A program made the position numbers and the translations under genes. Below, piece by piece: positions 58,963 through 64,000 of a stretch of 64,000 bases of DNA. Under the pieces are notes generated by a model that worked only from the letters and a program-made list of their open reading frames with translations, searched no databases and was not told where the DNA came from. Origin of the DNA: an uncultured Planctomycetaceae bacterium. GTDB taxonomy: Bacteria > Planctomycetota > Planctomycetia > Isosphaerales > Isosphaeraceae. The stretch is taken from assembly GCA_963833985.1 (NCBI GenBank), contig CAWIAD010000002.1:5408001-5472000 (forward strand), given 5' to 3'. Within the stretch, counting starts at the first letter, position 1. Every line of letters starts with the position of its first letter.

Positions 58963-59604
58963 TCAATCAAAAAGAATTCCCTTCAGGTCGAGCACGAACC
59001 CGGGCAGGACGTCTTCACCCGAGAGGGTCGCGGGCTTGTCCAATGTCTCGACGGGCCGGCCGGGGCGGTAGATCTCCACCGTGCCGCCGATCGGATCGAT
59101 CAGCCAGCCGAGACGGACGCCCTGGGCGAGATACTCTTGCATCTTGCCGCGCAGCTCCTTCATCGTATCGCTGGTCGAGCGCAGCTCGGCGACGAAGTCC
59201 GGGCAGACGTGGGAGAACTTCAGCCGCTCCTCCCGGGGAATCCGCGCCCACCGCTCCGAGGTCATCCAGGAGGCGTCCGGGCCGCGGATCGCCGAGTTCG
59301 GAAGCGTGAAACCCGCCGAGGAGTCGAACGCCACGCCAAGGTTGGTCTGGCGGTTCCAGATCCAGAGGAGGGCGGTGATGCTTGCGTTACGCTGGCTTCC
59401 ATCGGGTCCAGCAGGCGGCATGACGATCAATGCTCCCTCAGCCGTGCGCTCCAGCCGGAGCACCGGGTTCTCCTGGCAAAGCCGCCAGAAGTCCTCGTCG
59501 GAGACACGCAGGCGCACGTCCGGCGGGACGGACAGCGCCAGCGCCTGCCCCGAGCGGGCAAGGGCCTGGCTCTCCCCGGGATGATCCGTGATCAGCGTGC
59601 TCAT
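58963..59604 (-). CDS. Uma2 family endonuclease
   Basis: FDSSAGF, PDASW, CPDFVAELRS, LGWLIDP, VLPGFVLDL. Confidence 0.92.
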   Translation of the reverse strand: MSTLITDHPGESQALARSGQALALSVPPDVRLRVSDEDFWRLCQENPVLRLERTAEGALIVMPPAGPDGSQRNASITALLWIWNRQTNLGVAFDSSAGFTLPNSAIRGPDASWMTSERWARIPREERLKFSHVCPDFVAELRSTSDTMKELRGKMQEYLAQGVRLGWLIDPIGGTVEIYRPGRPVETLDKPATLSGEDVLPGFVLDLKGILFD

Positions 59605-59674
59605 GATCCCACTGCCTCGCCTCACTCCGCGCCACTTCTCATGCCGGACCGTGATCTCCCGCGGCCACTGCCCC

Positions 59675-60316
59675 TCAATCGAACAGGATACCCTTCAGGT
59701 CCAGTACAAAACCGGGCAAGACGTCCTCGCCAGAGAGGGTCGCGGGTCGCGCGAGCGTCTCGACGGGCCGGCCGGGACGGTAGATCTCGACCGTCTGTTC
59801 GATGGGATCGATCAGCCAGCCGAGTTTGGCTCCCTGCGCGATGTACTCGCCCATCTTCAGACGAACCTTTCCCTTCTTCCTGTCCGACCGGGAGCGCAGC
59901 TCGATGACGAAGTCGGGACAGATCGGGGAAAACTTCTCGTCCTTCTCCGCGGCCGTCAGGGCGTTCCAGCGCTCGTCAGAGATCCATGAGGTATCCGGCG
60001 ACCGGGTTGCTCCGCTGGGAAGCTTGAACCCGGCTGATGAATCAAAGGCTGTTCCCGTACCGTCGATCCTTGCCCAGACGACGACCTGGGCTGTCAGATT
60101 GGCGTTTCTCGCACCCGTCCCCCCGCTGGTGGGCGGCATGACTTCGAGGATGCCTTTCTCCGAACGCTCCATCCGGAGCTCGCGGTTTTCCTGGCAGAGA
60201 CGCCAGAAGTCCCGGTCGGAGACCCGGAGCCGTACGGTCGATGGGACGAGGAGATTTACGGCCCTCTCCGGTCGCCCGCGGCCAGTTCGAGGCTTGGCCT
60301 TCGATACCTGGCTCAT
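59675..60316 (-). CDS. Uma2 family endonuclease (paralog of the neighbour)
   Basis: Same motifs as the neighbour. Its ATG overlaps the DUF362 stop (ATGA). Confidence 0.92.
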   Translation of the reverse strand: MSQVSKAKPRTGRGRPERAVNLLVPSTVRLRVSDRDFWRLCQENRELRMERSEKGILEVMPPTSGGTGARNANLTAQVVVWARIDGTGTAFDSSAGFKLPSGATRSPDTSWISDERWNALTAAEKDEKFSPICPDFVIELRSRSDRKKGKVRLKMGEYIAQGAKLGWLIDPIEQTVEIYRPGRPVETLARPATLSGEDVLPGFVLDLKGILFD

Positions 60317-61419
60317 ACCGTGATCTCCTCGGTCCACTGCGGCCGCCAGTCCTGGCCCAGCCCGCGCTTGATGACCTTGTCGAGGTAGATGATGTCGCTC
60401 CGCCGCTTGTCCAGCAGGTGGGTGACGCACCAGCTATCAACGGACGTGTGGTCGGTGCCCACCACGATCGTGTCGCCCTTCTTCACATCGTTCAGGCTGC
60501 CGCCGGTCGGGCCGTTGCGCATCAGGAGCTTGCGGCCGTCGGCGATCACCAGCGACGGCTTCATCATGAGCGCGAAGTCGGAGATGATGCCGTGGATGTT
60601 CTGGTGGAACTGGTTGCGCGGGTTGCCCAGCAGGCCGTACCAGTTCTTCATGGTGACGGTGGCCTTGCAGAGGTTGTGGTCCTTCACGGGCGAGATGCCG
60701 ATGACCTTGGTGGCCTCGCGGAAGGGGCGGTAGAACATCCGCCAGGTGTGGGTGATCGTCTCGCCGCCGATGTAGAGCTGCTCGAAGTAGCTGTCCTTGG
60801 GGAGCATCAGCTCGGCCCCGGCGCGGACGGCGGCCTCACCCACCTTGGTCTTGTAGAAGCAGCTCTCGGGGTTGTTGATGGGGTTGTCGGCGACGATCAC
60901 CTTGCGTGCCCCGGCGCCCAGGCAGAGCTTGGTCACGGCGGCCACCGTGTCCGGCTGCGTGGTCGCGGCCAGGTCGGGGTTCTTGTCGAAGGCGACGTTC
61001 GGCTTGATCACCACCACGTCCCCCTTGCGGATGAAGGTGTCCACGCCGCCCATGGCGTCGAGCGCGGCCTTGACCATCTTCATCGCCTGCTCCTCGCGGG
61101 CCAGGAGCTCGGCCTCCTTGCTGGCGTGCTCCTCCGGATTGACCGGGCTGGAACGCACCACGACCAGGCTGGGACGGCTGGGAGAGAGCGTGATCGAGTA
61201 ATCCTTCAGCCGCACCGGCGGCGGCGGCTTGATGCCCTCCATGCCCCAGGTGTCGTGCAGCATCAGCCCTGCGCCACAGCGCCCCCGGCGACCAGACCGT
61301 AGCCGCCAACCTGGCGGACGAACTGCCTGCGCGAGAAGGGTTGCTCCGCCGGGTTGACGCCGCCAAGCCGCTCCAGGTTCTTGAGCTGGGTCCGGGTCAG
61401 TTTCTCGCTCATCGGTCAA
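60313..61419 (-). CDS. DUF362 protein (probable Tat signal, 5' frameshift)
   Basis: GDVVVIKPN, TTQP..V, KDHNLCKAT..MKN.YG, GPTGG. SRRQFVR appears in an alternate frame. Confidence 0.85.
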   Translation of the reverse strand: MTDERETDPDPAQEPGAAWRRQPGGATLLAQAVRPPGWRLRSGRRGRCGAGLMLHDTWGMEGIKPPPPVRLKDYSITLSPSRPSLVVVRSSPVNPEEHASKEAELLAREEQAMKMVKAALDAMGGVDTFIRKGDVVVIKPNVAFDKNPDLAATTQPDTVAAVTKLCLGAGARKVIVADNPINNPESCFYKTKVGEAAVRAGAELMLPKDSYFEQLYIGGETITHTWRMFYRPFREATKVIGISPVKDHNLCKATVTMKNWYGLLGNPRNQFHQNIHGIISDFALMMKPSLVIADGRKLLMRNGPTGGSLNDVKKGDTIVVGTDHTSVDSWCVTHLLDKRRSDIIYLDKVIKRGLGQDWRPQWTEEITV

Positions 61420-61467
61420 CCTCGGTAAGTGAAGGATCGAACGACTGCCGCCTGATCGCTTGCTTGC

Positions 61468-63234
61468 CTACTTGCCGCCGCTGATGGACGGCACGTGGGC
61501 CGGTAAGGATTTCGCCAGCGCCCGGGCGAACGCCTCGGCCGGATCCTGCCTGGTGGCGCCGTTGGCGCCGGCGATGGTGTTCCCCTTGCGGAAGATCACG
61601 TCGAAGAGGCCGATGCTCGAGCTGACGACCATCGTGTCGGCCCCTTCCGCCTGGAGCGTCTTCACCTCCGCACCGTCCTGCTTGACGCTGGAGAGGTACT
61701 TGTCGATCACCTCCTGCGCTTCCTTGTCATCAGCGTACGGCCGCACGAACCCCTGCCAGGTGACATCCCCCTTCTTGTAATCGGCCATGAAGACGTCGGA
61801 GAGGAAGCTGTAGCCGAAAACGTCCTGAGCGACGTACTTGTTGTCGCCCTGCTTGCCCGTGGCGGGCAGGAACTTGAAGTAGGTGGCCGGGGTGACCTCG
61901 GCGGCTGCGGCGGGTGCAGGGGCAGTTGCACTTCCGGCCGCGGCCGCGGGTCGGGGCTCGGGCTGGTTCCCGGCCGGCGCGGCGTCGCCCTCGCCAGGCT
62001 CAACCCCCGGCTCGGCGGCCGAGGCCACCGCCGGTGGGGCCGCACCGGCCGGCGCGGCTGCGCCGGGCTTCTGCTGCGCCGCCACGCGTCTGGCCAGCGC
62101 CAGCGCGAAGGCCGCGAACTTCGGGTCGTCCTGGGTGGAGACGATCTGGGTGTAATACTTGCCGGCGTAGAACAGGGTGCTCCCGGCGGTGCTGTAACCC
62201 TCGTCGCCCACGGGGATGACCTTCGCCTCGTCGGGCTTCTCCGAGCCATACTTGCCCAGCGCCTTGAGCGGATTGGCCATCTCGAAGACGTAAAGCTGGA
62301 TCTCGTTGTTCGGGTCCCCCGTGGGGTGGTAGAAGGTGTAGGCCATGCCCGTGACGCCGTACTGCAAGAAGCTCTCGGCACGGCCGTCGATCTTCTCGTA
62401 AAGGTTCTCGGCGTTGAACGTCTCGATGTACTTGCTGCCGGACTTCTCGGGCGTCCAGCCGGCGGGGAGGTCGGCGAGCGGCAGCATGGAGGCAATGGCC
62501 TTCTGCGGGTCGGGCACCGCGGCGATCTCGGCCGCGACCTGGGCCGGCGCCAGGCCGTTGCCGCTGCCTGCCGCGGGGAGAGCCACCGACGCCGGAGCCG
62601 GAGCTGCCGCAATGGCCACCGCTGGAGTCATCGCCACAGGGGAGGTCATCCCTTTCAGGGCGACCGGCGGAGCCGTGAAGTCCATGAGCTGTTGCGGTCC
62701 GTCCACGCCCACGCTACGGCGCACGCCGGCCAGCGATTGCAGGACGTTCGGAAACGACTGCGCCACCGCGGGCGATGTCCCGGCCACGGCACGCAGTGCA
62801 AGCATCGCCTCATCGAGCTTCTTGACGTTGTCGACCAGGTTCTTCCGCTCCAGGGCCAGATGTTCCATCTCGCGCTTCACCGCCGCGTCCGCCTCCTGCA
62901 CGCTTGCCAGCCCGCGGCCCTGCTCGAGCACGGACCAGTTCTTGTTCGGATCGAACTCGTAGCGGTTCTTGTCGAAGGTGCGGCTCTTGAGCACCAGGGC
63001 CGAGAAGATGGCGGGGATGGTCATGACCAGGATCATTCCGACCACGATGGATGAGAACGACGGGCGGAGCATGACCCGGCCCCGGCGGGCCTTGAACCAC
63101 TCCATCCGGCCCAGGATCGCGAAGGCCAGCGGTGTGCTTGCCAGTGCGATCAGTGCCGCGGTGAGCGCCAGCACCATGAGCGGATCGTCCGCGAATTCAT
63201 TACCGTACTTTGCCCACAGGCCCGTGACGTTCAT
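61468..63234 (-). CDS. Membrane protein with DUF6599-like domains
   Basis: Two TMs, FNAENLYEKIDGRAESFLQYG, YVFEM...ALG.Y. Upstream of DUF362. Confidence 0.6.
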   Translation of the reverse strand: MNVTGLWAKYGNEFADDPLMVLALTAALIALASTPLAFAILGRMEWFKARRGRVMLRPSFSSIVVGMILVMTIPAIFSALVLKSRTFDKNRYEFDPNKNWSVLEQGRGLASVQEADAAVKREMEHLALERKNLVDNVKKLDEAMLALRAVAGTSPAVAQSFPNVLQSLAGVRRSVGVDGPQQLMDFTAPPVALKGMTSPVAMTPAVAIAAAPAPASVALPAAGSGNGLAPAQVAAEIAAVPDPQKAIASMLPLADLPAGWTPEKSGSKYIETFNAENLYEKIDGRAESFLQYGVTGMAYTFYHPTGDPNNEIQLYVFEMANPLKALGKYGSEKPDEAKVIPVGDEGYSTAGSTLFYAGKYYTQIVSTQDDPKFAAFALALARRVAAQQKPGAAAPAGAAPPAVASAAEPGVEPGEGDAAPAGNQPEPRPAAAAGSATAPAPAAAAEVTPATYFKFLPATGKQGDNKYVAQDVFGYSFLSDVFMADYKKGDVTWQGFVRPYADDKEAQEVIDKYLSSVKQDGAEVKTLQAEGADTMVVSSSIGLFDVIFRKGNTIAGANGATRQDPAEAFARALAKSLPAHVPSISGGK

Positions 63235-63635
63235 CGTGCCACCGCCGTCGGTCCAGGAAGGAAGGAGATATCACACACCGTCGCAGGACCTGCAAGGTGC
63301 GTTGCCCGGATGCGGAAACCGGGAGAGGAGTGCAGGTTTTCGTTCGATCCGGGTTTACCGCAGTTCCGAGCGTCTGCCAGATCCGGCCAATCCACGCGAC
63401 CGGTTGCCCGGCCAGTGCCCTGAATTATAGCGAGCCCCGCGGGCGCCGGGCAATGCGCGAAGCCAGGCGGATCGACGTGGAACACGATTCCGATCCGGCC
63501 TCCACATGAGAAATGCGACAAGATTGGGGATCCTGGCCCAGGAGCGTTCCGCGATCGCGAGATCCGTAACGCGATCCGGCCATGGAAATGCGACAAGACT
63601 GCGATCTTGGCCCACGAAGGACGGCGGTGCTCGCT

Positions 63636-64000
63636 TCAAGCGAACAGCGACTCGACGAACGTGTCGGCGTCGAAGGGTTGCAGGTCGTCAAGCGCCTCGC
63701 CCACGCCAATGAATTTGATGGGCAGCTTCATGGTCTGGCGGACAGCGACCACGACGCCTCCCTTGGCGGTGCCGTCGAGCTTGGTCAGGATCACACCCGT
63801 GCAGCCGATGCTCCGGGTGAAAACCTCGGCCTGGCGGATGGCATTCTGGCCGCTCGTGCCGTCGAGCACCAGCAGCACCTCGTGCGGCGCCCGGGGATGA
63901 CGCGCTGGATCACGCTCTTGAGCTTCTCGAGCTCGCGCATCAGGTGAGTCTGCGTGTGCAGCCGGCCGGCGGTGTCCACGATCAGGACGTCGGTGCCGCG
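63636..64000 (-). CDS. ftsY: SRP receptor FtsY, C-terminal part (frameshift near 63890)
   Basis: [37 protein letters not shown]. Confidence 0.93.
   Translation of the reverse strand, partial: RHRRPDRGHRRPAAHADSPDARAREAQERDPARHPRAPHEVLLVLDGTSGQNAIRQAEVFTRSIGCTGVILTKLDGTAKGGVVVAVRQTMKLPIKFIGVGEALDDLQPFDADTFVESLFA

Overview
GC-rich bacterial DNA, very probably a planctomycete (DUF1559, DUF1549/DUF1553, DUF1501, an LEPRxLL-type surface protein, a tandem double UvrA). Many host genes are split by 1-nt frameshifts, most likely long-read errors. Contents in order: a type IV pilus/T2SS-like cluster (1-11 kb), Kdo hydroxylase, a nested mobile-element stack (12.2-16.4 kb), an FG-GAP/MBG adhesin, double uvrA-nusB-PHP, DUF1559, exbB, a degenerate Mur ligase, hppA, kinase-ECF sigma-PSD1-DUF1501, two oxidoreductases, exbD-exbD-vWA, an alkyl sulfatase, a DUF6599-DUF362-polyferredoxin operon interrupted by Uma2/toxin-antitoxin genes, and ftsY. 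The standout is a three-level nesting. A 2015-bp element with only a large serine recombinase and a 66-aa ORF, bounded by perfect 23-bp inverted repeats, sits in the conserved QGAPI/SPLL motif of a group II intron RT, and precise excision would restore a 432-aa RT. That intron is itself inserted at the centre of a REP-like palindrome whose loop is complementary to the intron's candidate EBS1. All product calls come from motifs read by eye, with no database search.
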